From contig OZ024742.1 of assembly GCA_964016885.1 (NCBI GenBank), positions 279,248,001 to 279,312,000 on the forward strand: a stretch of DNA of 64,000 nucleotides, given 5' to 3'. This document shows, piece after piece, positions 26,000 through 40,136 of the stretch. This DNA comes from Eledone cirrhosa. Lineage: Eukaryota. A program made the position numbers and the translations under genes. Numbering within the stretch: the first letter of the stretch is position 1; every line of letters starts with the position of its first letter. Under the pieces are notes generated by a model. That model was not told where the DNA came from and ran no database searches. It saw only the letters and a list, made by a program, of their open reading frames with translations.

Positions 26000-27560
26000 G
26001 TAGGTGGAACCTTACGACGTTGTCGGGGGCTTGACCGGAAAGGAAGATTCATATCCTCAATCTATTTAGAGTAGTCTACCACACAGCTTACTTTGCCACA
26101 GCTAAGTTGTAGAGGTAAACATGCTAAATTTCTCTTCTAAAAAAATGGTTGGTGGTTGAATGTTTACATAGACATGTCTGATACCTGTAGATGCCCAACA
26201 TGTGATAGCAGTCGCTCAACTCACACCCATGAATCTACAATTCACGGGCACTGGGTGAAAGCACGCACAACGGTTTCGTCACCTTCCGAGCATCTCAGAC
26301 ATGTCCGGTTGTCAACAAATTCGTTCCTCTCTGGAACTGATTGTGGCTTTCGGTAGCGTTGCCATGCCAAGGATCATTCCGAATTATCCCTAATCCCCAC
26401 CTTGAAATTGTCCCAGAAGAGCCTGTTTAGTCTGTCCTTTTCAAAATCCGGATCTTTCCCATGCCTTCTTCTCTCTTACGTTCTACTGACACTCTATAGA
26501 AGGCAATCATTGTTTTCTGGCTACCTGCCGCATACTGCAGCTGGTAAATTGTTGGGAGCATCTGGTAACATTCTAGTTGTCAGTCGCCCAACGATTGTTT
26601 CGTAGTTATCACACGACTGTAGCTCCGTCAAAGTGACGAGCTGCTGACAGATATGTCGCACGAAATATACACACTTTGTTTTTTCTTTAGTTTTTATCGT
26701 ATTTTCAGTGCTTCATGAAACTCCACATTGGGCGTATACCGTAGAGCGTTTCTGCGCATGAATGGCGATGGCAGCCACAGGCCACCATGCCGTTAATGTG
26801 TGTAGCAGATAGATTTTCTGACCAGTGGGATTTATCACTTCTACAAAAAGTGTAAGTGCATACGTCTTAATAAGGTCACTTTTATTTTAGTCATCATACA
26901 ACAGTGAATGTGTAGTACACAAACAAAGTGTTTGCCACATTTATCCAACCATTTAAGAACATCTTACTCTCTGCCAATTTCTCAGTATGAATCTCCACTT
27001 TTGTGGAGTTCGTGTCTACCTGGAGGTCCAGTTCAAACCAGACACCAAACACTTTAACCGCGTGGTTAATGCAGCGCCACACATTTCCGCTGGCCAGCAT
27101 GGACCTGCCTCTCCACGTGCCGACTTGCAATTCCTGTGACTCGTCCCTGTTAATTCAAGCTCAGTATGCTTTCTGTACGATGCCGACTGCCACTATATCT
27201 GAAGTGTTCGAGACGCACCGATATTGACGTCTTCTGCGACCAGGCTCATCTGGAATTTGTCTCAAGTTTTCTATTTTCCGCAAGAGAATCTCCACGTCAA
27301 CTCTTATGAAAGCGTTCTTATAAATGGCCGTTTAGTTTGGCCACTGATCAGATATTGCTGTGCAACGAAGACTCAACTTCTGAAAACGGCACCTCAACCA
27401 ATTGTATTTAGGACAATCTCCAAGCAGCGTTTGTCAATGTCAGCAGCCAACCAGTCGGCCAGCTGCAGCGAGCCAATCAGCATGGAGTTTTATTCCATGG
27501 GCCATATCAGATAGCGTAACAATCCACTGTAGGGGCTGGTCCATCTTCAATGTTATACAT
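26000..27560 (-). mobile_element. Heavily degraded LINE remnant, possibly L1/Tx1 clade
   Basis: Higher GC than flanks; minus-strand VKVFGVWFELDLQV resembles the (Y)LGV.F thumb motif of L1/Tx1 RTs. Confidence 0.4.
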
Positions 27561-27769
27561 TTCTCTGTGGCTATAATATTTTGATATTATTATCTGACTT
27601 GTTCTTTCTTCATAACAATGTTGGTGATGATGATGATACAAGTGAAAGAGCTGATCGTTACATCGAAACGTATGAACATTTCCACTGGTCTTTCCAATAC
27701 TAATATTATATTTTGGTCGCAAATCCTGTCAGAAAATAACAACTATAATGGCAATAACAATAATAATTT

Positions 27770-27980
27770 TTTCTACTTTAGGCACTAGGCCAACAATTTG
27801 ATGGGAAAGGGAAAATCGATTAAATCTACCCCGTGTATTATTGGTGTTTTATTTTATCGACTCCGTAAGGATCAAAGGCAAAGCTAACCTCGCCGGGATT
27901 TGAAGACAGAACGTGAAGGCCTGTAATTCTATGCCGCGAAGCATGTTGTCCGACGCTCTACCGATACTGTCAATCCGCGA
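27770..27980 (-). mobile_element. tRNA-derived SINE next to (GAT)n
   Basis: Same family as 97-318. Confidence 0.78.
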
Positions 27981-28473
27981 TGACTTCAACGACGACGATG
28001 ATGATGATGATGATGATGATGATAATGATGATGGTCATGATGATGATGATGATGATAATGATGATGGTCATGATGATGATGATGATGATGCTGATGCTGA
28101 TGATGATGATGATGATGATGATAATGATGATGATTTTAATTATGATAAAAGTAACATGAACAAAAACAAAATCTACAATAGCAAAAGTTAGCACAAATAT
28201 ATAAATGTAATTTGGCTGTCTGCCTGTATGTATGTGATGTATTGTGTTTGGCTGTGACGCTATAAGATACATATTAAAATATGAAAATATATGAACTCTT
28301 TAAAGCTCGATCGTAATTAAATTTTAGTATTTCAATTTTCTTTACAAAAAGTTTATATACCAACCGAATGGTATACAATGTCTAACTTACAAAATCACAT
28401 GCAGACGGACAGACTGTCAGACACATAAACATGTATACCTATACACATGCAGAAGAATATACGTATATATACG

Positions 28474-28526
<53 letters not shown>

Positions 28527-28664
28527 ATGTGTATGTATGTATATTTAATCATGTTCAGAGGAAGAAAATAGTGGTAGACGACGTAATTCGGTAATTAAAA
28601 ATATATTAAATTACATTTCATATATGTGTAGCGTGTGTGTGTGCGTATGTATTTATATACGTAT

Positions 28665-28713
<49 letters not shown>

Positions 28714-28730
28714 AGAGAGAGATAACGAGG

Positions 28731-28822
<92 letters not shown>

Positions 28823-29115
28823 TATATATGTATATATTTATATATACACGTGAATTTACCTAATCACGTATATCCATAGTTACGTATAATAGATGCGTTC
28901 TATTTTGATTCTACATTCTCGCAAGCGTTCACACATATACACACAACTCATATAATCGCTTATCCTACACGCAGCAAAATGTATATATATATATATAGAT
29001 ATGTATATGTATGTGCTTATTTATATATATATATATATATCATATGTAAGAGTCAGTGTGTGTTTATATATATATATATCTACATGTTTATATATATCTA
29101 TATGATATATATACA

Positions 29116-29170
<55 letters not shown>

Positions 29171-29399
29171 CATTCATACATAGATTCATACATACATACA
29201 TACATACATATTTAAGGGAATTGACTTAAATATGCCGATGGCGCTATTTTCTATATGTAAATTAAAAGAATTTTCTACTAACAAATATCATATTTCTTCA
29301 TAAGAATATGGATTAATTGACTTATGTTGAAATTATCTCCCCTTTTCTTTGAGAAGCTTACAGTTGTCGTTAGTTCTTTGTTTTCTACCCCTAAGAGGA

Positions 29400-31150
29400 A
29401 AATTTAGTGAGCTTTTCATACGGAGGTGATTGAGTACATTGGCGGCTAATTACAAGTTGCTAACCTTGCTTCACAGAAAGTGTATGGAAATGGAAATTGT
29501 TTCTGGATGAAAGCGACTGTCGCATTACTAAACGTTCATTAAAATTGCATGTGGTCTGATTCTATCAGATTCTGCAGAACGATACACACTGGGGAGCGTA
29601 AGCACGCATGAATCCGACAGATCTATCCATGACAACCTCATGCGATACACCTTTGATGAGGTAGGTAGTAAACCTTGTTTTCGTGAGGCTTTGATCAATT
29701 GAAAACTTTTGGTTGTCCCAACCATCGCCACTTTGTGGCTGTTTTACGAGTAGCTGCTTTTAGTTTCATTTTCTAGATCACGCAATTCACAGCAGTGGCA
29801 CGTGCTTGGTAGTAAAGGTAAACGGCCACCACTTATTACCATTTCATATCGATTTCACAGTTCAACAGGATGCTGAGGTTGCGGCATTTTCAGAAATTTC
29901 TGGATGGTGAGTGCGTGTGTTCACGTTTTGTTCGATGAACTTTTCTGTAGCTCATGTCCATTGCGAAGCTGCATCCCTTGGTGAAGAATAGACCAAGGTA
30001 AGACAGCTGGTATTTAGAATGCTGACACGCGTTTACAACCCTCTACTAGCTGAACATTGCGATCAGTGGAAGTTCCACTTTCTTAACCTATAGTGGATTA
30101 ATGGGTTTGGGGATATCGTAAAATCTTTCTCAAGGAAGCCTTGGGTGTTGGCGAAAACGAATTGGCTGTTCTATTCTGGAGGACATTCGTCCCAAGACTA
30201 TGGATAATTCCCCAAAATCTCTGGCGTCTAAGTGACAATAGAGAGAATTGCTTATTAAATATAAATTCTACAGTCGTTCTCCGACGAAACATTTCTGCAT
30301 ATATGTGTTCATTGCCCGTGTAAAGCTGACATGTGTAATTATGTTTAAAAAGAGTTGTCTCGTTTAGGTCAGATCCTGAAATCGACTGAGTTCATCTTGA
30401 ATATTGCTCCTCCTCCCTCCAGTAAGAGGAGACTCTCGTTGATCATGGCATTCATCGTCCTGGAACGGAGTGATACCTTCCTATGAATAAACCTATAGAG
30501 GGGTATAAGGAACACGTGCAATGACGTTTTCGGAAAATCTCTGAGTGTTGATGAAATCGAACTGACCAATCTATTCCAGAGAACGTTCGAGCCGGGAACT
30601 GTTGACAACTTGTGATACTGCGAGAAATTTCTGTCAGATTGAACTGTCCGAGAGGCTCTCATCGAGTGTGCATGCATTACTAACAAGTGACATTTTGATG
30701 ACCATCTATGATCACGGGTAGAAAGATCCGGTTATGAACCAAATCCATCGTCAGAATCACCTCTCTGCCTTGGTCGGGGAGAGTAGGCAGTTTTCCTCTG
30801 CCTGGGTGCTTTAGCGAAAGCGGCTGTGTAGTGGATGTGCCTGAAAGGAGTGAGAACAGATTAGTTCGTCTTCGTCCAAGCCCTCCCAAACTTTTCAACT
30901 TCGAAAGGAATGTAAGGGTTGAGTGGTAATTGCTTCCCCCAACACCACAGCCATTACATTTGTTAAAAGGCTGGCGAATGTAATGAGTATGGCCCGGGTG
31001 AATGGGCCTAGTCTGAAGGCTGCATAATTTGGAGAAGAGAGTGGCGTCCTCCTAGGGTGCTTTTTGAGAGTAGGATGTTTTAGGATCCGTTACGTTCCTG
31101 AAATCACCCCTGGTTGCTACTCTCCCGTTTTGGGAGAACTTTTAATTGTA
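29400..31150 (-). mobile_element. Degraded Ty3/Gypsy-like pol remnant (tentative)
   Basis: Minus-strand EFIFNKQFSLLSLRRQRFW resembles the RNase H-end PL..IF.....RLQRW; no intact domain. Confidence 0.35.
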
Positions 31151-31285
31151 TAATTATATTGTTTATTGTCATCTCTTTCATTTGCTTACACGTTCTTAAC
31201 TTTAGTATCTTTTAGTAAATCCGCACAATTCCTGTCTTTTGTATTCTCCAAAATTTGTCGGTCCTTGTGGCCAATGTAGAAATAA

Positions 31286-31900
31286 CTGTTTCTACTTTTG
31301 GCACAAGGCCAGCAATTATCCCAGTGCATTACGGGTACTTTATTTTATCGACCCCGTAAGGATGAAAGGCAAAGTTAACCTCGGCGGGATTTGAACTCAG
31401 ATCGTAAAGGTCCGTAACTCTATGCTGCAAAGCATGGCGTCCGACCCTCTACCGGTACTGCCAATCCGACCCTCTATAGCCAATATAGAAATAATAGAAA
31501 CAATACTGATAACAAATAATAATTGTTTTTACTTTTGGCACAAGGCCAGCAATTATCCCAGTGTATTACTGAACTTTATTTTATCGACCCCATAAGGATA
31601 AAAGGCAAAGTTAACCTCAACGGGATTTGAACTCAGACCGTAAACTTTATACTGCATAGCATGACGCCCGACTCTCTACTGATACTGCCTAATAACAATA
31701 TGGCTGTATCGATAGAGCGTTGAACAGCATGCTTAACGACAGTTTGGGCCCTTTATGTTCTGAGTTCAAATCCCGCCGAGGGTAGTTTTGCCTTTCATCA
31801 TTTCGGGGTCGATAAAATAAAGCACCAGTAATGCACTGGGGTCGTTTTAATTGCTTTCCCATTCTCTTTAAAATGGCTGGCCTTGTGCTTATAATAGAAA
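31286..31900. mobile_element. Cluster of three SINE copies (31286-31478 minus with TSD, ~31525-31690 minus, ~31700-31900 plus)
   Basis: Family body and B box. The first copy is flanked by GCCAAT(G/A)TAGAAATAA at 31270-31285 and 31479-31494. Confidence 0.82.
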
Positions 31901-32321
31901 CAATTATTATTAATATTATTGTTGCTTTTGTTTTGATTGAAAATGTTGCTTTTGCTGAAGTTGTTGTTATTTATAAAGGTGTATTTTGGTGAAACATTCA
32001 CAAAACAATATAAAATCGGCACCACTGTATACATGGTTGGTTGACGTGTGCATAAGGCATGGCTCCGTTACAGCATTCTCGTATACGCAACAAGCATAAT
32101 AATGCTTTGCTTATATAATGAAATAATTTACTTTGAAGAAGAAACATATTAGATGTATCTATCTCAAGTACATATTTATGCCTATCTGTATTGCTTTTTA
32201 TTTATCTCTGTCTATCAGTGTTTCCGTGCATTTGTGTTTTATACCTTAATACATACACATTGTCTGCCTCTATCTCATTCTCTCTCCCTCTCTCTTTTCT
32301 CTTTCTCTCTCTCTGTCTGTC

Positions 32322-32393
<72 letters not shown>

Positions 32394-32449
32394 TTTATAT
32401 ATATATTTATATATATAAATGAATATATATATATATATATATATATAAA

Positions 32450-32567
<118 letters not shown>

Positions 32568-32623
32568 TATTAATATATATATATATATATATATATGAAT
32601 ATATATATAGAGATATATATATA

Positions 32624-32709
<86 letters not shown>

Positions 32710-32819
32710 TATATATATATCAATGAAATATCTATGATCGTCGGCAAATCACTGATGAGGGACTTATTTTATTACATGTTATCCATGTACAACCTGCAGT
32801 ATTCTTCTCCCCATTTTTT

Positions 32820-32858
<39 letters not shown>

Positions 32859-32946
32859 CCATTAATATGTATGTTTAGAGATTTACCTATCATTCTTGTT
32901 ATTATAATTATGACACACGCACACCCCCACCGCGCCACGCAACCAC

Positions 32947-33000
<54 letters not shown>

Positions 33001-33432
33001 CTTACATACATACACATACATATATACATATACACAAACATATACACTAACATATATACACATATGTATATATGTAAACTTACATTCATGTGTACAAGCA
33101 TCCATCCATCCATACTTACATATATATTTTCTAATAAGATTTACGAAGTATTCAGGTAGAACTTTGTAATTTGCAAGTGTGAAGGAAGGAACGTAATTTC
33201 TCGTGTTCCTGTTGTTTCTTCCTCAACAGATATATAATCATATGTAGAATAAATGAGAAGTAGAATTGCTGTAGAATACTAATGATGGAATTTGAAATAT
33301 TCTAACATTCTTCATATAAGTGTGAACCTCGTTCAGATATGTTTGGTTAGGTTCTATGAAAACAGGTTCAATCCAGAGCGATAATAGCTGAGAAATATGT
33401 ACGTATGTATGTTTGTATGTATGTATGTATGT

Positions 33433-34040
33433 CAGGTCACCAGTTGGTGCTACTGGTAACATGTATCCCAGTACAACCTGTCTCATGGTCGGGTCGTTGG
33501 CGACTAAACTGGGAACCCCACCAAGGTTTCTTGGTGAGGAGGGTGACTTTGGACATCCTGCAGGACTAAAAACAAAACCTGTCAAAGAGCAAAGGAGCTC
33601 TTAAGAGTCAATGGCCATCCAAAATCACCGGTAGAGATGACCCCTTAGCCTTTGTCAAGGCAGAATTCTAGGAAAAGTAAAACTCTGATATAACACCTGC
33701 AACCCTGATGGTATCCAATGATGTTCACTTGTTCTCCTTTTTGATAAATATCATCTTGGTTAAGAGAGTGGGACTGGCTTTGTGCAGTGCCTTTGCTCAC
33801 TATAAAAGCTTCACGGCACAGGCATTGCTTTATATCTGGAGATTTCTCTGCACTTGTCGTCACATGGTACCATGGGCCCAGCACTATGTGTCAATAATTG
33901 TCGCAAGTGTAGTGTTTGTACCAGAGTTTTCAAGTCGCTGGCTGGACTAAAAAGTCACACTCGTTCAGCGCATCGGTAGGAGTTCTCCTACATGGATATA
34001 AAGTAGTGGCCGTACTCGAAAACGAGTTGGCAGCCACGAT
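33433..34040 (+). mobile_element. Non-autonomous, internally deleted RTE derivative with (ATGT)n tail
   Basis: 33908-33979 encodes CSVCTRVFKSLAGLKSHTRSAHR*, matching the last zinc finger of the RTE at 54970-55041. Tail TGGCCGTACTCGAAAACGAG is shared with ~35155 and ~55290. Confidence 0.72.
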
Positions 34041-34104
34041 GTATGTATGTATGTATGTATGTATGTATGTATGTATGTATGTATGTATGTATGTATGTAT
34101 GTAT

Positions 34105-34760
34105 TTGTCGGGTCGTGGGCGTCTAAACAGGCAACGCTACCAAGCTTGCTTGCTGAAGACCACTATTTTAGACACAATATCGGTAGAGGGTCGGACGCTA
34201 TGCTCTCCAGCATAGTTACGTCCCTTTACGATCTGAGTTCAAATCCCGCCGAGGATCACTTTGCCTTTCATCCTTACGGGGTTGATAAAATAACGTACCA
34301 GTAATGCACTGGTAATTGCTGGCCTTGTGCCTAAAGTAGAAACAATTATTTTAGACACACTGCGGGATGAAAGACAAAGCCTATCAAAGGGCTGATGAAC
34401 TAGGAGTGTCAACGTCCATTCAATAATTTTATTTTCCTTGTGGAGCGAGAGACACCTAGTCTTCAATAATAAGACATCTCTCTAGGAGAAGATAACTCTG
34501 ATATAAAACTTGCAACTTCATCTGCATCCAATGATGTAAACCAGTTCTACTTTTGGGGTAAATGCATTTGATGTTCAGAGAGTGGGATTGGCCTCATGCA
34601 AAGACTTTCCACATTTAAGAAAGCTTCATCAAGGGTATTGCTTGATATGTGATATTGTGTTTCGTTGCTTGACATTTCAGGTCATAGGCAACTATCTAGC
34701 AGGCCTTAAGCATCATGTGATGGCATTACTTGAAATCGAGTTGTAGCCATCATCATCATG
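34105..34760 (+). mobile_element. RTE-derived non-autonomous element interrupted by a SINE (34177-34346)
   Basis: Homologous to 33490-33830. The SINE is flanked by a 13-bp TSD TATTTTAGACACA (34164-34176, 34347-34359). Confidence 0.78.
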
Positions 34761-34849
34761 TATGTATGTATGTATGCATGTATATAAGTATGTATGCATA
34801 TATATATATATATGTATGTATGTGTGTATGAATATGTATGAATATGCGC

Positions 34850-35192
34850 GGGGAAATAGAAATATTCGGGCTAGATCGCGTGGTTAAACCACTGGGAGTG
34901 AAGGACCCCTAGCTTTTGTCCTGGGCATTCTTCTAGTAGAAGGCAACTCAGGAAACTGGGTAACTCCGAGATAAAACCTGCGGCTCGGTAGTTACCGATG
35001 ATGTTGATCTTTTCTTCTTTTCGGGTTATAGCTACTGTCGCTCAGACAGTGAGATTGGCTCAGTGTACAGTCTTTCCTCACTTAAAATCAAATCTTGACG
35101 CACAAACATTGCACGATTGAATTAATCAATAATTATTAATAATGTTATATTGTGCAATGGCCATACACGATAACGAGGGGGCAGCCATTATG
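34850..35192 (+). mobile_element. Short element with RTE-like tail (SINE or non-autonomous LINE)
   Basis: Shares GAGATTGGCT...CTCACTTAAA and tail GCAATGGCCATACACGATAACGAG...(ATGT)n with neighbours. Confidence 0.55.
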
Positions 35193-35224
35193 TATGTATC
35201 TTCATATACGTGTATGTATACGAA

Positions 35225-35512
35225 GTCTAGTGCTTTCAGTGTTCAGCTCACAATCGTAAGGTGGTTTGTTCTATTTCTGAACGTTTATCCTTGAACAAGA
35301 CGATTTATTACAATTTTGCACCAGTTTACTTAGCTGGGAAAATAAGATACAACTCTAATTCAGGCATTGTACAATACTGAATCTCAGGGAGACGTGAGCT
35401 GAGGATGAAATATATGTGGGGTGCTCAGCCACGTACATTTCATTTCATGTCCTGGCACCTCAGATGATTGGATCAACTGGAGTACTCGTCGTTGGAAAAG
35501 ACGGACGGGTAA
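35225..35512 (+). mobile_element. CORE-type SINE (diverged)
   Basis: TCCTTGAACAAGACG block and GATCAACTGGA...CTCGTCG 3' part, as at 43125-43410. Confidence 0.55.
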
Positions 35513-35613
35513 TACAACCCCCCCCCCAGACACACATTACCACATATATATATATGTATCTAAGTATATATGTATGTATTTATGTACGTGTATGTAAGCG
35601 TATATATATACAC

Positions 35614-35722
<109 letters not shown>

Positions 35723-35834
35723 TGTGTGTGTGTACATGTATGTATGTATCTGTATATATATCATCAACATCATCATTGTTTAACGTCTATCATGGGTTTC
35801 GTGCATGTAAGCATACATACAAACACACACACAA

Positions 35835-35869
<35 letters not shown>

Positions 35870-35923
35870 CATACATATATACAGGAGTTATGGTTGATAT
35901 GCATTAAAAGAGTAAGAGAGAAT

Positions 35924-36533
35924 ATCTCTATATATAAAATTGAGGATGTCTGTCTGTCAGTGTGTGTCTGTGAGTTTGAATCCCTAAAACTCGAAAAGTA
36001 CCCAACCAATTTTTTTCAAACTTTACATGTGTATTACTTATGGGAGTGTTATGCACATAAAAAATTCAACTGAACAACCGAGTTTTTTCAGCTTATAAGG
36101 GATTTTTTGACGCGTTAAGTCAGACCGATTTCCTTAAAATCGTAACTATGTATTACTCAGTCTCCTCTTTATACCGTGAGCAAAGGAAATCCAACTTTTT
36201 ATGGCCTAGGGCCGCATTAGGTGAACAATTTTATTTATTCAGCTTTTTAGGGCTTTTTTGATGCGTTACGTCTAGACGATTATCCCGATATTTTAAGGCA
36301 TATTATGCACATAAAAATATTCATTTCTTGATCCCCTAGGGACCGCATTAGGTGAAAACCTGCATTTTCCCTGCTTCATAGAGGAAAATCTTAAAGATTA
36401 TACAGTCATCAGAGTATTCGCTTTATTTTCTATACATATTGTCCAAGCATGCAGTTTTTCCACGATTAGGTCTGTAGGCGGCCTGCGTTAGAAAATACCT
36501 TATCCCGTGCAACGCCGGGTACCCCTGTGAGTA
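35924..36533 (+). mobile_element. Non-autonomous Helitron-like element
   Basis: Starts TCTCTATATATAAAA...TGTCTGTCTGT; ends with hairpin CCCGTGCAACGCCGGG followed by a degenerate CTAG-like end. Confidence 0.6.
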
Positions 36534-36846
36534 TTAATTAATTTCAGCGCAGTTTATTCGGTTTGACTATACTTACTGTCTTTCTATCCTCCATTGGTTG
36601 ACGTCCAAAACGTGGGCATGGGAACTGCCTCTTTTGCATACTATACAGTAGGTGAGAAATATTGCGTCAAAATTATTATGTGGTTCCGATGTCAATCCCA
36701 ATGAGTACGCCCTAACATACTCAAGACATGTGAGCGGATATTTCCAAGCGGAAGTACATCGACTGTTTCTATAGCGGTATTCTTATCTGGTCGTTTGTCT
36801 TAATACCGGTACCTGCAAAATGGGAAGCAATTAGAATTAGTCTCTG

Positions 36847-36915
<69 letters not shown>

Positions 36916-37560
36916 CGTGCGTGCATGTGTGTTTGTGTGTGAAAGGCTGTGTGTGTGTATAGGTGTGTGTGTGAGTTTGCGTGTCTGTGTTTGTATGTGT
37001 TAGATAGGTAGGTAACTAGAGTTACAGGCGATTCACTGGCTAAGCACTCACTCACACACGCACATGTATATATCAGCATCAACACATATGTTGTGGTGAC
37101 TTGCTCCATGTTGCTCCCAGCATCATGGTGAACCTGTACAAATGTCATCTGTCTAAAACATAATGAAACGACACACGGACTACATTGTTGGAAAGTCTAG
37201 TAAGTGGTTTCGTCAAAGGTTATAGTGCATTGACCTTTGGCAGTATAAAAACAAAAACGGCCATATTGTTTTCGAAATTTTCTGTTAATGCATACATATG
37301 TACATAAAGATGTACACACCCACATATACACACACATACACACGCACACACACACATAAATGTACATAAATATATATATACATATATAATCTATATTTGT
37401 ATATACACGTATATACACGTATATACAAACACACATAAATAGATACACTCTCATGCGCACACACAGGCAGACACACACATGTATATATGTCTTTGCATAT
37501 ATATAAATGTAAGAATATATAAATGCCCACGCCTCAGACACTCGCATACACAGACACACA

Positions 37561-37637
<77 letters not shown>

Positions 37638-37824
37638 ACAACTACACACGTATCTTTTCGGACTATAGTCTCATCTTTGTAGTTATAATCACGATTCCAC
37701 CACTCTATACTCCGAAATCTATACCTCGAGCTATATACCGATGATCTAAGGATTCTACCAATTCGCCGCTTTTATACTTGTGGAATGTATTACATGTGTT
37801 TCTTTGACACAGTAATATGTAGTT

Positions 37825-38060
37825 GTGAAGACGCGTGGCGTAGCGGTTGGAAATTTAGTCATACGATCGTAAGTTCCTGGTTTCGATCTCAATGGTGTAA
37901 TGTGTTCTTAAGTGAGACATTACACATTGCCCCAATGCAGCTGGGAAACATTTGTTGTAAATGTAATTCAAAGAGATGGTCTTGTCATGCAGTGTATCGC
38001 ACAGCATCTTCCTAAGAACTATGTTAAATTTACATGTAACTGGTGCATGCTCAGCCATTT
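37825..38060 (+). mobile_element. CORE-type SINE (diverged)
   Basis: GCGTGGCGTAGCGGTT A box, GGTTTCGATCTC B box, GTGTTCTTAAGTGAGACA CORE-like block. Confidence 0.55.
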
Positions 38061-39929
38061 GATCCTTACTTCCACAAGCAGGGTCTTTTCTGGTTAAACA
38101 ACTGGACCAGTAATCTTCGGAATCCACGAAGGACCAAGTTAACGTAATCTATCGTTGTCTTGCAAAGCAGGATATTTGAGAATATTTTTCAGTCTGATAT
38201 TATCTTTCCAAACAATACTTTAGATTATGCTTGCTATTATAATATAATATAATCTTCAGGCAGTCCCTTAGAGTATTTAGCAACTGATGAAGGATTAGTC
38301 AGGTCCGCTACCATTTTAAGAGTGCACGCTGCCTGTTCGGGATTGAGTGTCAATATTGATTCTGATTCAACTAGTAGATCAGTGTTGTTAACTCTTCCAT
38401 GGCGTCTTTATAGAACTTGGTTTGATTGAATAAATCGAGAATGAGGAGAACTTACACCTTTTCATCATTCTTTCGTGTGTTGTACAAATAGTGAGGGTGC
38501 AAATATAAGATATCCTATAATTAAGTGCATCTCGTAGAAGACTTTCAAAATCTTATTCTGGTATATATATATTCGTCTTAGCTAAAGCTGATTACACATA
38601 TTTTCTGAGATATTCTCAAATCTTTTCATTGCCTGTCACTGTTATAGTGAGAAGAATGTGATCTAATCACTGCAATTTGTGTTTGGTGAGTAACATAGAT
38701 ATCTGTTGCTCATAAATTGACCGGTCTACTCCATTGGAGGGAATTGAAGTTGGCAAGAAAAATAGACAAAATATGTACTTAAATCAAGAGATGTGTTGAA
38801 TTCCCCCATGTGAAACTGAGTGAATATACAATTATAATTGTGTATAAGTAAAACATTCAACTTGATTTTCCATAAAGATAAATAAGTGATTTGAAAAATA
38901 TTTACAATGTTTGCGTCTAAAATACGTTTATAATCTATTTTTATTTCGCTCTTCACAAGTTCGTTTAGCACAACATACAGTATATATGATATCAAGTTTT
39001 CCATTATTTAGTGATGTATATAGATCAGTTTAATGGAATCCATTTGGACAAAAATACACAGAAAGGCTCCTTCCAAACACGCACTCACAAAACCACGCAC
39101 ATACATACAGACAGACACCTATATGCACACTCAAACACACACACATATACATAAAAAATGCATGCATGTATTCTGTGTTCAATGCGATGGCAAACGGAAA
39201 TGCATGTACACAAAAATGAATAAATATATTTCGCATTTTAATTGTGCTACAAAATAACTATAAATCTTCAAATTTGCACCAAAAACAAACTGAGATTAAA
39301 GCATTATGTAAAGGTTTGGACGACGATGATAAGAAGCGTTACATTTAACTTACATTACAAAAGAGTGGGGTAAGAAAATGTTATAGAATTAGTTAAAGAA
39401 TTAACGTCCTGTATGCAAAAAATATTTCTGTGTTGGATTGAAACGAGTATGGAAGATTTACAGAAAAGGAGAGAGAGAGAGAGAGGGGGGAGGGTGAAGG
39501 AGACAGTGAGAATGAGAGATGTAGAGTAACAGGAAGAACACGAAGAAAAGTTTAAGGAATACACTGTTCCATTCTTGTTTCAAACAAACAGAGAATCATT
39601 GTCTGTACACGCTACCAAAACGTTAATTCGTTGAGGGCACGATTCGTACTACTTACGTAACATATATAAGCATTACCTAATTTATGTACGTTGCTATTCC
39701 ATGCGGTTAATCGCCAATAGATCGGAATCGTAGAAACACGTCCATCGGTACGGTTAACTACAATTTTCTACTCACTCGAATTCATTTTCCTCACTGATTA
39801 TGTTACACTCTAATCCATTAGGCCTGTATTTAAATAATACAGACCTAATTAAATTATTGATTGCGTGAGAAACTGACCGAAGATGTGTCAGTTTTATACG
39901 ATAAGCTTCGTTTCACAATTGTATATATA

Positions 39930-40121
39930 TATAGTAATAATAATAAATTTGAAGACTAAAATCGGAAGAGGGCTCGATGAGAATAATATACATCAACATA
40001 TATGAAACTATAGAGCACATTTACTTCTGCGTCCACAGATTGATTTTTCTTTTAACTTTCAGAAGATGCCTTTGAGGGTGAAAGCAGCGATTATTTTCTT
40101 AAACTTTAATATGTTATATTT
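39930..40121. mobile_element. Family C module made of two inverted non-overlapping pieces
   Basis: 39930-40015 is the reverse complement of the family C tail (~19470-19552); 40018-40121 matches ~19355-19457 directly; (TA)n flanks. Confidence 0.72.
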
Positions 40122-40136
40122 ATATATATATATATA

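Noticed and set aside
32752-32765. Isolated CTGATGA half-cores (also ~38285 and ~44989)
   Set aside because: No properly placed GAAA or supporting stems.
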